Source of the DNA: Octopus sinensis
Taxonomy: Eukaryota
Length of the DNA stretch: 64,000 bases
NCBI RefSeq assembly: GCF_006345805.1
Contig: NC_043008.1
Location: forward strand, 29,202,001-29,266,000
Reading direction: 5' to 3'
The position numbers and the translations under genes are program-made. The number at the start of each line of letters is the position of its first letter. The first letter of the stretch is position 1. Below are positions 13,953 to 27,664 of this stretch, one piece after another. The notes under the pieces were generated by a model. It searched no databases. It had not been told where the DNA came from and saw nothing but the letters and a program-made list of their open reading frames with translations.

Positions 13953-14715
13953 TGTGTTTCTGTTTCCTTTTTTTATATTTATATATACATATAGCGGCAT
14001 ACGTACACACTTGCCCTCACTTATAGTAGCTATGTATCTAAATTTTGTACGACTCTTACTCTAACTTTTAGTCCCTTCATACATTCCTCCTCTTTCCTTT
14101 TTCTCTCTCCACCTCTCATTCTTACTCACACTTCTTGGACCTCTCTTTCTGTAACACTCGCCTTCCCCTTGTTTATCTCCCTTTTACTATTCCCCTTGTC
14201 TGATTTTTCTTCTAATCTTTCAATCCCACTACCCAAACCCTCCCTCCTTTTCCGGCCAGCCACGATCTTTCTTTGTTGGCCTGACTGCCGACCGCCAAAA
14301 CCTTTTATGTCAATCACCTACGTTTTTGCCTTTAGGCTTTCACTTCATACACGCCAGCTCAATTTGATTCGTTCTCAGTCGAATGACATCTGTTGTTATT
14401 TTCTTGTTGTTTGTATTTGTAATTGCGTACCATATACTCTGTTTCTTGCCTTTGTTGACGTACACATTCACTAACTGTGTTACAAAAATATTAGTGCTCT
14501 TACCTTAGAATTTTTTTGACACTACCAGATCAAACTCATTCAAGTGTAACTGCCCGAGACAGTAGGGACTGCTCGTAATTTGACTGATGAAAGAAGGCCA
14601 CGAATGACCCTGTCCTTCTAATTGTTGTTTCCTGACCCTCTAATTGTTGTTTCTCCTGTCCACCTTTGTATCATCTACCAGTCGAAATGTTTTATTGTAC
14701 TCTATTTTTTGTTCC

Positions 14716-14792
<77 letters not shown>

Positions 14793-15049
14793 GGTGTGTG
14801 TGTATGTGTGTGCATTTGCATGTGTATGTGCGTGTGTATACATATATATTTTATAATTATAAATATAATTAGGGTTCAGCTAATTATAATTACGTTTATA
14901 ATTACAAAATATTTACATAATTTTACCTATAATGGTTATTTTAACGTACCGAACTACTTGGTAAAATTATGAATTAATTGATTGATTAATTAATTAATTT
15001 AATTCATAAATGTTACCATTTTATTATTAACATATATATATATATATAT

Positions 15050-15344
15050 GCTGAGACTCCCTTCCGTCATGACTGACCATGGGATTGCACCTAGAAATTT
15101 ACCCTCCCAGGCACAAGTCCGGGCAAGGTTAGTTATGAAAGACCAGCAATCGCACATTCATACCGGCCTCGTCTCTCCACGCCAACAGTGTTGTCCAAAG
15201 CCCATACAGCGTGGTACCTGTGAGGTTGCAACTCATTTCTACAGCTGAGTGAACTGGAGCAACGTGAAATAAAATCTCTTGCTCAAGAACACAACACGCA
15301 GCCCTCTCCGGGATTCGAACTAAAAACCACTGAGCCATGTGCCT
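15050..15344 (-). mobile_element. tRNA-derived SINE (family C-like)
   Basis: B-box-like AGTTCGAATCC on the minus strand at about 15311-15321; head region resembles 23030-23114 and 25760-25830. Confidence 0.65.
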
Positions 15345-15389
15345 TGACACACGCACACAACCACAATGACACACACACGCACACACACG

Positions 15390-15480
<91 letters not shown>

Positions 15481-15484
<4 letters not shown>

Positions 15485-15591
15485 CGATGACCTTCTTTTA
15501 GTTTCCGTCTACCAAATCCACTCACAAGGCTTTGATCAGCTCGAGGTAATCTTAGAAGGCAACAAAGGTGCCATGCATTGGCCCTGAATCC
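15481..15591 (-). mobile_element. SINE family A fragment
   Basis: GTTTCCGTCTACCAAATCCACTCACAAGGCTTTG matches the reverse complement of 42545-42580. Confidence 0.75.
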
Positions 15592-16167
15592 GCAAAAATG
15601 CGATTGAATTATGAACTTCATTTATTTGCAGCTGATTCTGCTATGAGATGCAGTGGGCTCATAGTTGACTGCCTGAACAACACCTTATAGCTTCAGCTAC
15701 GAGGCGTAGTATTTTTGGGAATAGAATTACCTTTGTGTTCATCTCTTATTGTCGTTTCTTAGCGTCACTCTATTCTTATCTAGTAGCACACGTTCTTCAC
15801 TAGTTTCATAAAGGGTCACATAATTTCAAGCTCACCCACAAATGCATTCATAAGTATTCGACCCCATTCACACATATACACTTACACATATTTCTTATAT
15901 ACACAGGCGGACTTACGACACTCGGTTTAATCGAGTCAACATTATTAACCCCCTTCGTTCAGATACCTTCTTCCGGTCATTTCATCATGTTAAACTGTTA
16001 ATCCCTACACATTTTCCCCTTCTCCGTTTTTCGTTCTCTCTCCATTTTGTTTGCTTCTTGTCCCTTTCTCTCGATGAGCATAGACTTGAAACTTTAAAAA
16101 AAATTTTAATCGGCTTTTTGATCCCACCTGTCTTCGAATTTTCTTTTCTGCAAATATGAACAATATG

Positions 16168-16224
<57 letters not shown>

Positions 16225-16316
16225 GAGAGTGAGAGAGAGAGAAAGACAAAGAGAGGCTGAGGGCCAGACAGACAGGGATTTCGCGATAGATATGCATGTA
16301 CGTAGGTATGCATGTA

Positions 16317-16399
<83 letters not shown>

Positions 16400-16463
16400 C
16401 ATATACATACAAATACATATATAATATATATATATATACATACATACATACATACTACATACA

Positions 16464-16498
<35 letters not shown>

Positions 16499-17268
16499 GT
16501 GCATGTGCATGTGTAGAAGTAGGAGACGATCAGACGCGCATACGCATGCACAGAACACCACATGAAAGAGCAACACATCGTCTGCGATTCGTGGGTGTTT
16601 TTTAGTCAAGGAGCAGTGTCGCTGAGGCAGCGCTAAAGTGTTCCAATCCCGAACATCCCTCATCAACTTTACCATACGCTGTATATATAAACGCCTTATC
16701 TAATATGTTATTCATCATTCCATTAATATTTGCTTTATTTTCTTTTTTCAGTGTTTTGTAGCTTAGCAGGAGGAACGTGGTAGATATTTATTTCTGACGT
16801 CCCATGAACAATGACGATATATATGTTGTCATGGTTACTTTAGTCGTTGTTTGAGCACATCATTGGTCCTGATTGAGAGCAGAAGTATGATCAAAACCAT
16901 ATTTTATACCCATCAAGAATTTTTCATACTACACTCCCAACATTATATATTTACGATACCATCACTTATGTATAGTTTTGTAAGTCTCTCTCTGATATGA
17001 CTATTATGTAAAATGGGGTAGACATCGCCGCGTTATTGTCACGAATCTTTCATAACCACTGAACCGATGGATCAAAGCACTAAATTTTATTTTATACCAT
17101 TACGTTGCACCACTGTAACGAAATCTTTGAATCGATATATCATTCATAATAAACGTCACCATTAATAAATAACTTGCTTAAAAGATCATACACAAGCACG
17201 CAACGCAGATATACTATCTCTCATGTAGACAATTATACATAATTACTTACATACATATGCACATACAT

Positions 17269-17305
<37 letters not shown>

Positions 17306-17344
17306 CATACATATAAATATATGTATATATATATATATGTATAA

Positions 17345-17390
<46 letters not shown>

Positions 17391-17418
17391 ATATATGTAT
17401 ATATATATATGTATAAAT

Positions 17419-17453
<35 letters not shown>

Positions 17454-17473
17454 CATATATATATACATACTAC

Positions 17474-17599
17474 ATAAGGGTTTAGCAACGAGTTGCCTTA
17501 CCACATACCGAATTTAGAAATAGCAGTCAAAGGGTTATAGCTATTTCTTATAAAAAGGGTTATAGCTAGTGGTAAGGCAACTCGTTGCTAAACCCTTAT
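17474..17599. mobile_element. 126-bp MITE-like element with perfect 31-bp inverted repeats
   Basis: ATAAGGGTTTAGCAACGAGTTGCCTTACCAC (17474-17504) is the exact reverse complement of 17569-17599; can be read as TA|AGGG...CCCT|TA. Internal AAAGGGTTATAGCTA occurs twice. Confidence 0.8.
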
Positions 17600-18959
17600 T
17601 GCTTAGTATTACTTAAATTTTCCTCGAATGAGGCTTTTACATGCCGAAGACTACTTGGTGTAATTGATAATTTTTCCAATTACATTAATTTCACCCTTCA
17701 TTATTATATATATATACATATATATATATGTATGTATATATAATATATATATATATATATACACACATATATAAATAACATATATTTATACATGCAGACA
17801 TACACACAATCACACACACATATATATATATATATAGGCTTGCGTGTGTATGTATACATATATACATGCGTTTGTATTTATATCACTATGTATGTTTTTG
17901 TTTGTTCTAATTGCGTAATCTCGAAGCAGATAACGCTACAAATAATAGCGTGTAAATAATAAGTACAAAACTTGTTGGACAGAAAGATGCGAAGGCTATA
18001 TGTGTGACAAGAAAACACATCTGCAAACATGGCATGCGTTTTCCGACTTTTTCTATCTAAGCAATATTTACAAGGTAATATCTAATGCTTTATCTTGTTC
18101 GGAGAACCACTGTTTAAAAAAAATCTATTACAGATTATCTCGAATTTTCCATATTATGACTTGAACACAACAAGCACATTTTCATACAAGCGCGCGCGTA
18201 CACATACAAACACACTCGCGCACACACACGTGCACACACATGCGTACACACACACACATACACACAAATACACTCATGTGTGCTAAGAAAAGTTTGTATA
18301 ATGCTAGATGACTGAAGTTTCCATCAACCAAAATAACTTACACCATTCATAAAATAAATTTTCTTACCATTAATCCAACGAAGGGGTTTCTTATCTTAGA
18401 CAGACATGAGCAGTTTTTATACAAGAAAATGTCCAACAATTTAAAATGGTTCACATTGAATAAGAAGCGAAATTAATTCACACCTCCTAAGTAGATTCTT
18501 TGATAAACATGCTTAAACGCATAGCCGACTCATATATACTTAGTCATGTACAACTATTCACATTTCATTTCGTTATTTTGAGGTTATATTTTTTTATTCG
18601 TCATTCATTCATTTTTTTCCGAATTTCAATAAAAATGTCTTATGAGGATAACGATAATAATGGAAGACCCCTGGCACGTTACGAGTGGTATGTCATACTA
18701 GTTAAAATAGTGTGACGTAGGGAAGTCGGAGTAGTTGGTCATTTTGCTATAACGGAGAGCACGTTATAATAGTCTGACGCTGGATTACAACAGTAGCGAC
18801 CAGTAGCGACCAGCAGTTCACAAACGCACAAGAATCAAACAAACTCACAAGGTGTTACGAAACTCACAAACATATTTTGTGCAAGTTTTTGCGGTATACG
18901 TAAAATTATGTAAGATTTGTCGGCCGGTTTTCTCGAGTTAAAAAAGCAGCAACAAACAC

Positions 18960-19580
18960 AACGATTACAGCAAAAAATGCTGAATTTAATGAATAGTAAG
19001 TCGTCAAAAAATGCCGAAAAGTTGTTCTCGCCAGATTATGTTGCAAATTCAATAACGGAATTTAAGTAAGAACCAGATGAATAAGTTATCCTCGAGGCGT
19101 ACAGATCTTCAACAAAGATTGCAGTGATTGGGACGACGACATGTAAACGCATCTTATCTTAAGAAAACTGGCAGCAGGAGAACATGAACGTCCCAGCAAT
19201 TACGTACTCCCGAAGAAAAACCATGTGACATAAAGTTTAGAAACACAATAGACATATTGTGTAAAATTTTATGCGAGAAAAGCTTGCTGTTCAATACACT
19301 CTGGAAATGTTTGAACATAGAAAAGAACGACTAGGAGGAAGTACATTACATATGCTGGTAGATAAACAGTGAATATGAAAAATTCAAACTGGACGAATTA
19401 ACACCATCTATATTTACTCAGGAACTAAGTGCAGAAAAAGACGCTGAAGTGAAAACAATTCTCGCTAAGGTGAAACAAAACCAAGATATAACCTTACAAG
19501 TGTCAGAAGAGTGTAAAAGAATAGTAAATTTAACGCAGGACATTGAGAATATTGAAAATATAGATTGCACTTGATAGAAA
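18960..19580 (+). pseudogene. Degenerate ORF, possibly a non-LTR retrotransposon ORF1
   Basis: Long protein-like reading with scattered stops (EAYRSSTKIAVIGTTTCKRILS...YEKFKLDELTPSIFTQELSAEKDAEVKTILAKVKQ), preceded by a UTR-like region with a CAGTAGCGAC tandem. Family assignment is a guess. Confidence 0.3.
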
Positions 19581-20279
19581 TTTTGATGGGGATATCCCAC
19601 CAATATACCTTATTTTCATGTTTGTCTATGTATAGAATAATAGCACACATAATCACATTTGTCATGTAGCGTGAACTGCACTTTCGGTATTGTCTATATA
19701 GCCAAATTTATAAACAATGAGAGATAAAATTCAATTATATACTCGGTGAATTTGGGATTTACAACACTAAGATCTTGATACTGTAACACAACTCTACACT
19801 GCCAAGCATGTACATGAGTATGTAAATACATGCGTTTTTGCTTTTGTCCACGAGTGTTTGATTTAGATAAATGTAGTGTACATCAAATCCACATATAGAT
19901 GTATGATATCCCATATATCGCTTGACAAGGAAACAAATTATCTTCAATGTATTTATGAAATTACTAAATTCGAAATTTATATCTAAGTTCATTACTTATT
20001 TCTTGGTGTACACAATTATTAACGGTATGTTAGATACTTTTGCACATCCATATATTGAAAACACTATCAATTTGTATAACGATCCCTAATCTTTCATGTG
20101 GCACAAACTCTTTCTATGTTTGCTTCAATGCTTCTCAACCTACCTATTTATAAGTCCATACGTGAATATGTATACATTTCTTTCTATCGAGACTGTATAT
20201 ATATATATGTGTGTGTGTGCGCGCGTAATATTTTATATATATATAAAATATTACGCGCGCACGAATACATGCACATATA

Positions 20280-20383
<104 letters not shown>

Positions 20384-20916
20384 GGATTATATATATATGT
20401 ATGTATATATATATATATGAATATGTATATATGTATATATATATGCATATATACCTATATGTGCATGTGTGAGTGTGTATCCATCTATGTATATATTTTT
20501 AGATATTTAAACTATTACGCACACACACGCACACACACACACATATATTGTCTCGATAGAAAGAAATGTATGCATATTCACGTATATATAATTATGTATG
20601 TATACACACATTCTTCCATTTACTTGGTATACATATACAATTACGGACGATTACATTTTCCTATATACATACACATACATACATAGTCTTTTATTCTTTA
20701 CTTTCTTCCGGCATTTTACTGCAGCCTTCCTGGAGCACCGCCTTTAGTCGAAAAAATCGATCCCAGTACTTATTTTTGTAAGCCTAGTAATTATTCTATC
20801 TACATCTTTTTTCGAACCGCTAAGTTACTGGGACGTAAACACAAGAACATCGGTTGTCAAGCGATAATGGGGAGTGGAAAAACACAGACACACAAGTATA
20901 CACATACACATATATA

Positions 20917-22207
20917 CGAGGGGCGTTCAATAAGTAATGCCCCTGACCCACTTCCCATAGCAGTAGAGCAACGAAACTTGGCACAGTTATTAGTCTTTTT
21001 CTACATAGGAACCACCCAGAGTTACGCATTTCTCACATCGTTTGATGCAGCTCTGAAGACCGTTTTTGTAGAAGACCCTAGCTTGGTCCTCCAACCACGA
21101 CGTGACTTCAGAAATCAAGGCTGCATCATCTGGGAAACGCTTTCCTTTCAAAAACAACTTCATGGCTGGGAAGAGGTGAAAATCAGAGAGTGCAGGTCAG
21201 GAGAGTAGGGAGAATGGGGGATGAGTTCATAGCCGCACGCCTTTGCTTCTGATCTGGCGACACGCGAGTTGTGGATCGGAACGTTGTCCTGCAGGAGGAG
21301 GATGCCTTTGCTGATTTTGCCCCGCCTCTTGATTTTGATAGCTTCTCTTAATTTCCTCAAAAGTGAAGCATAATAGACTGCTGTAATTGTGGCACCCTTT
21401 GCCAAGAAATCTGTCATCACTACTCCGTCCTGGTCCCAGAAGACTGTGAGCATGACCTTGCCAGCGGAGGGCTGCACCCTTGCCTTCTTTGGAGGAGGTG
21501 AGTCACGGTGCTTCCACTGCACTGACTGGGCTTTGGTCTCTAGATCATAGTGATGGACCCAGGTTTCATCCTGTGTAATCAGTCTTTTGGAAAATTTTGA
21601 CTCATCTTCTTGGCACATCTTCAAATTCATCCTCGCGCAATCGACGCGTTCTTGCTTCTGGAAAGGTGTGAGCAGCCTGGGAATCCATCTGGCAGACACC
21701 TTTTGCTTATGCAAATGGTCATGAATGATAGTCTCCACAGACCCGGTACTAATCTTGACCTCATGGGCTATTTGGCGAATAGTTATGCGTCGATCTTCCA
21801 AAATGGCAGCCTTAACTTGACGGACAGATGCCTCATCAATGGCAGAAGGGGGCGACCAGATCTGGGAGCTGTTTCCACAGAGTTCCGACCATGTTTGAAT
21901 TCACGATGCCAGCGTTTTACAAGATCATATGATGGCGTATCATCACCATAAGTTACTTTTATTTCATCAAAAGTCTCCCGTGGTGTGCGTCCTTTCAAAT
22001 ACAAAAACCGCATCACTGCTCGACACTCAACAGGCTCCGTTTCATACTTGACTCAGTTCAAACACCTGTAAATCAGAAACCACAATTAGTTCAGAGCTGT
22101 AATTTGCCACTTAATCTATAGAGATATAAATAATTACACATACAAAATTTCAGCTAGATCAAACAAATGCAAGTGGGTCAGAGGCATTATTTATTGAACG
22201 CCCCTCG
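20917..22207 (-). mobile_element. Full-length mariner transposon (1291 bp)
   Basis: 37-bp TIRs at 20917-20953 and 22171-22207 (35/37 match); TA on both sides (20915-16 and 22208-09). Confidence 0.97.
20990..22040 (-). pseudogene. Mariner DD34D transposase, about 350 aa, inactivated
   Basis: VSARWIPRLL, ITQDETWVHHY, KVMLTVFWD, LLQDN, HSPYSPDL motifs. Start codon reads ACG; single-base deletions at about 21850 and 21193 split it into ORFs 21783..22016 and 21160..21801 plus the C-terminus ending YVEKD*. Confidence 0.93.
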
Positions 22208-22760
22208 TATGTACGACGTGCCTCTTTCAGTTTCCGTCTAGCAAATCCTCTCACAAGGCTGTGGTCACCCCGCGGCTATAGAAGAAGATACTTGCACAAG
22301 GTGCCACGCAGTGGGACTGAAGCCGGAGGCATGTGGCTGGAAGCAAAACACTTACCGCTATATATGTATATTATAAAATGGGTTGAATGAGGATTCGTCA
22401 ATTAACTAGAGTAGTTTCCGAAAGTTTCCTAACGTTGATTCTTATAGAACGAAGTTCGACAAATTCAATAATTTTTTTCATAAATGGTGGAGATTTGATG
22501 TTACTATGGGATAAAATATTTATTCAGTTCGCTAGACGATCGTTTTATACGGAAGACAATAAATTCATTTTAAGAATATGAGTTGTCTAGCAATACTCAT
22601 CAGTAGTACAATAAGAAAAAATAAGAACTCAAGAGAGAAAAAAGTGGACTTAAGGATTACATGGGTATTGTGTTCTTACTAATTTTTAATGTGTAATTTG
22701 TTTTCATATGAAGATTGAAAAAAAACGACCTTGTTTGTAAATAAATTTGGACTTGAGTTT

Positions 22761-23114
22761 GCAGCCCCTAAGCAAATTTCGTTCCCGCGCAACTGTATAT
22801 ACACACATCGTGGCACTCCGATCAATGGAACAGCCTGCTCGTGAAGATAACGTGCAAGTGCCTGAGCACTCCACAGACACGTATACCCTTAATGTAGACC
22901 TCAGGGAGATTCAGCGTGACAGAGAGTGCGATAAGAAGGAGTGAAATATAGTTGTGATGGAATAATACAGCAGAGTTTGCCATCACACCATGTCGGAGCC
23001 ACGTGGAGCTTTAGGTGATTTCACTCAATAAACACTCACAACCCCCGGTCTGGGAATCGAAACAGCGATCCTATGACCGCGAGTTCACCGCCCTAACCAC
23101 TGGGCCATTGCGCT
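22761..23114 (-). mobile_element. tRNA-derived SINE (family C)
   Basis: B-box-like GTTTCGATTCCC on the minus strand at about 23052-23063; body GGAACAGCCTGCTCGTGAA...GAGCACTCCACAGACACG, which I recall as an octopus repeat. Confidence 0.7.
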
Positions 23115-23316
23115 TTACATATACACACACTTATACACACATTTATACACATATATATACATATATAAACACACGCACTCATATATACCTACATATATGT
23201 ACTTAAGTTTGCATATTCATATTTCTCTATGCATTTGTCTATCTATACTCGTACACACACACATGCAAACACGCGCGCATACATACATATATGCATATAT
23301 ACATACATATATATTG

Positions 23317-23350
<34 letters not shown>

Positions 23351-23351
<1 letters not shown>

Positions 23352-23384
23352 GATAGATAGATAGAAAGATAGATAGTTAGATAC

Positions 23385-23420
<36 letters not shown>

Positions 23421-23433
23421 GTAGATAGATAGG

Positions 23434-23532
<99 letters not shown>
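23351..23532. repeat. (GATA)n microsatellite
   Basis: Seen directly. Confidence 0.95.
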
Positions 23533-24126
23533 CTACGCTCTCTCACTCCAAACTCTGCAATGAGGTTATGCTGTACTACGTGAAAGTTTTGCTGATATTT
23601 CTAGCAAATCGACTAGACTCTTCAATATCAAATCATAGTTATTATTAGTGTTGTTGCCGTAAATCATGCCGGTTTTGGTTCTGATGATTTTTAACTTTTG
23701 CTAGGTCTTCATTTGGTCACGAGTCTCTGAGAATGCGAAAACTAAGAAAGCTTAGCTACCTGGATTGCATAATCCGACCACTATTGAAAGACGTATTACA
23801 TGACGTAATTAAATAACATCTAAACCGATTCTCCAATATTGATTTCTCATATGTACTCTGTGATCTTTCGAAGTGTAGAGACGTGTGAAAGGAAACTATG
23901 ACTATAATATGCAAGTTCATGCTCTGTTTTCAATTTCGGATGCACGTGTTTTTCTAAATAGTATTTATGTGTCACGCAATCAATATCTTGTATAAACAAT
24001 ATATGTACGTATTTATATACATATATCTATTATATATTTATATACACACACGCACGCACACACGTACACACACATACAATAGATAGATAGATAAAATATA
24101 TATATATATATACAAACTCATACTAA

Positions 24127-24680
24127 TACCTCAATTTCTCCTCCTCCCACGCTAAACGCACCAAGCTCTCCATCCCGTATACCCAAATCCTCTGTCTACG
24201 CCGGATCTGCAGTGGCGACCATGAGTTTGAGACTGAATCTCAACTCATGGCTCGCCACACCGCCCTTGCTAGAGCACATTCCATGGACCGTACATCTGCT
24301 CTTTACCCCTACTTCCGCCTCGCCGTCACTCATTCTCCCCTTTCTCTTCACCTACTACCCCAAGACCATACCTCTCCAACGCACCCTTCTCCGAGCCTTC
24401 CGGCGAATCCAATCAGGCCACTCCACTTTGCACATCTTCCCTAACCGACCCCTCCCATCCTTCAAAGAAGCCCACAATCTTCGAGACCTCTTGGCCCACA
24501 ATTTCTTCCCTATCCCAGCCTCTCAACCCACCTTGTGCCTTTGCTCCCGCCCACGCTGACGCACTTGCCCTTGCCTCCCCAACACCACTCTCCTCACAGG
24601 CACTCATCATCGACCCTATCACTGACTCCTTCACCTGCACTTCTAACAACGTCATCTACTGCATCTCCTGCTCTCTCTGT
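24127..24680 (+). mobile_element. Penelope-like element remnant: RT C-terminus, linker and start of GIY-YIG
   Basis: YLNFSSSHAKRTKLSIPYTQILCLRRICS; FTYYPKTIPLQRTLLRAFRRIQ...IFPNRPLPSFKEAHNLRDLL; PR*RTCP (decayed CxxC linker); DSFTCTSNNVIYCISCSLC. Truncated before the YIG motif. Confidence 0.85.
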
Positions 24681-25934
24681 CGTAACCCAACCCTAAACAT
24701 TCCAACCCCTCCATCCCTATACATCACATCACACTCCCACACTATCCTTTACATCCCACCTTTGCTTCTCTCCTCTCGCTTCACCCACACCCCAAAACTA
24801 TCACACACCACCACCGCACCCCCCACACCAAACATCATCACAGCACCACGCACTCATTAGCACTGACCACTTTCCAACACCCACACCACCGCACAATCTA
24901 GCACTGAGCACTTCTCAGTACCCACACTTTCATCCACACACCTACACATGCACACGTCAAGGTCACTAGCCCCCTTTCACACGCACATACACGCCTTTAC
25001 ATACATACGCACGCGCACCTTAGTTTTAGGATCACCCCTACTTTATTATATCCCCTTCTTCTTAGCTCTCCTGTGTGACCCCTCTGTGCGGCATTCGCCA
25101 TGATAGATTGCTAGCCACTAAACCTGTTTTATTTTCCGTCCCTCTTTATTTCTGTGTTCCTTTCTCACTTCCCGAGCGTTAAACTAATAGACCTGTTTAT
25201 TGTTTCGTATTTTCCTTTAATTATTTTGTAAATTCTCACTATGTATATACATATATATGTTTGTATTTGTATGGAGGTGTGTGTATTTTTGTGCACGTAC
25301 AGATATACTATTTAGCAATCACCGTTGTTTTGGTAGGGAACCGTAAAATAAGCGCAGAGATCGATACAATAACTACCAGATTTTAGAAAAAGTACATGTG
25401 AGTGTTGTTCTGACGAATAAAACCTGTATATCCCAGCTGCCCGTAGCTTAATGCCTGAAACAAGTAAAACATACAGTTATACATACATACATAAATATAT
25501 ACATACATACACACATACATACATACTTACATACATACACACATACATACATTTCGTTGAATTGTAGTCACTCGCATCCGAAGAAGACGATTCCGCAACT
25601 TCTTGCCGAGCAACATGTACAGATGATTTGTTTACATTGATGAAATGCTTGTGCTGCACATAAGCTCACACCCTCCATGAGATCTATACTTGCATCCATA
25701 CTATAACTTCACAGGTCCACAGAGTGCCAAAGGCCAATGTCGAAATGTACGTAGAGTAACATGAGATGAAGTGTTTTGCGGAGGAACACAACGCAACAAC
25801 TAGTCCGATAATCGAACCTACGATTTCGCTATCACCTGTGCAAATCCCCTAACAACGCCCACACACATTACACACACACATACACACACCCACATACACT
25901 AACACAAATATTAATTGTTTGGGTTTATGTTAGA

Positions 25935-26260
25935 ATAAAGCCAATTTTACATTACATAGTAAAATTCAACTTCACTTGCCCCTCTGAAAACCACATTTAT
26001 GTTATCAGATGCTCAGGCTCCCATAAAAACTATATAGAGTCGACAGTAATGTCGATCGGACCGAGATGTACTATACACGGATATCACATATCCTCCCCAC
26101 AATATCGTCAGATATATCTCAGTGAACACATTGACAGATGTGCAGGACAGCTGCAACTACAATTCCTAATCTTCCCATTATGTGAATTTACTATTTGAGT
26201 CTGAACACAAGTACGACTTTAAAAGGGGCCTAATTTTCTGAAAAATATACCCCAACTATT
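25935..26260 (+). mobile_element. Second Penelope-like remnant: GIY-YIG endonuclease domain
   Basis: One frame reads VKFNFTCPSENHIYVIRCSGSHKNYIESTVMSIGPRCTIHGYHISSPQYRQIYLSEHIDRCA..QFLIFP, matching the PLE pattern FTC.S.N.IY.I.C..C...YIG.T.....R...H. Confidence 0.8.
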
Positions 26261-27664
26261 TTAAGAATAAAATGTAGACCAATATTTTTTGTTTCAAATA
26301 CAGATTTACCTAACCTTTACTGTAAAATACATTGGTTACCAATTATTCCCGCTAGCAAACTAAATTCAGAAATTCATCCAAATTTATTATTTGAAAAGCG
26401 ATAACGAAACGGCTTATCATGTTGGAAGAATAAATCTTATTTTGTATAATATTGTATAATACTTTTACTATTGTGATTCTAATATATTTTTGGCCTTTTA
26501 AAACAAATCTATGTTTTATCATCTTATTTCTTTCCGAATGTGTGTGCGTGTGTCTAATTGTAATCATACACACGCGCACGCAGGCACACACGCATATTCA
26601 TAAACACACACATATTCATAAACATACACAGATACATAGTTTCAAGCAGGGATACATTTGCCCATAAATCATTGAAGATTTTAAGCTCCCATGCAAGTGT
26701 CTCAATGCAATATTAAGATTTGCAGACTTACTGTGATTATTACAGTGATTACAAAAAAATATATCAGAAATGTTGTGGAATTAACTTTGAAATGTTGTTT
26801 TTATTTTCCCAAATAAACAAAATATTACATTACATGAATTCTGCACACATTTTGCGCATATTGGGATTTTCATGAATAATTGTGTGCATATTTGCAACAT
26901 CAATTCCAAAATATTTGCTTATTGTTCTGTAGACGCACGACAGACTTCATTTAGAAAATTGCAAATTTTCTCTTACAGCTTTGATAACCTGACGTTCTTT
27001 CCCTTTCATATCTCTCATCGTTTCTCGCCTCCGCTCTACCGTCCTACACCCTACCGAGACCGCATTAAGCATATTCAACTCATACAGTGTTATCCCATAA
27101 ACAGCCTGGACAATTACATGTTTCTGCATGGCTTTTGCCTAGTTTCACACGAACATCTATTGTATAGGGGGCTTCCACATTGTCTTCATCTCCGACTGTA
27201 TTCAGCGAACCAGTACTCTGTCACAAATGAAGTTGTTACAGCTGCCTCTGGAACTGAAAAATTAAATTGGATAGTCAGCTGCTCCAGCATGCCCGCAGCC
27301 CACTGACTGAAACAAGTATAAGATAGTAATGCATTGTAGTGATACACTAAAATCTGAAAAAATTACCACAGTTACAACTTCTCCCACTAAAAGTATTTCA
27401 AAACCTTTGGAATGCATCTCATACAACATAAAATCCCATTGGTATACATATATTCCAATATTGCATGTATGTGTACATATGTTACATACATATATCCATC
27501 CATGCATACACGTAGGATTAATATGGTCAGTTTGTAAACCTTTTTAAATCAATAATTAGCGGGAATGTTTCATACGTCAAACTAATAGACCATGCAACAA
27601 TTTTAAACACAAATTACTCGCTTGTTTTGTACGAAACATACGGAAGAAAATATTGTTTTTATAG

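Larger units (their letters stand above)
20688..22360 (-). mobile_element. SINE family A copy split by a mariner insertion
   Basis: 3' half at 20688-20916 (GGAGCACCGCCTTTAGTCG, GTAAGCCTAG, CGAACCGCTAAG) and 5' half at 22208-22360 (CAGTTTCCGTCTA, AAGGTGCCACGCAGTGGGACTGAA) are collinear across the mariner. Confidence 0.85.

Noticed and set aside
14584-14605. CTGATGA as a hammerhead core
   Set aside because: It is followed by GAAT rather than GAAA, with no stem II.
26977-27253. Minus-strand exon-like segment with good acceptor and donor
   Set aside because: All three frames contain stops; at best a UTR or terminal exon, and unsupported.
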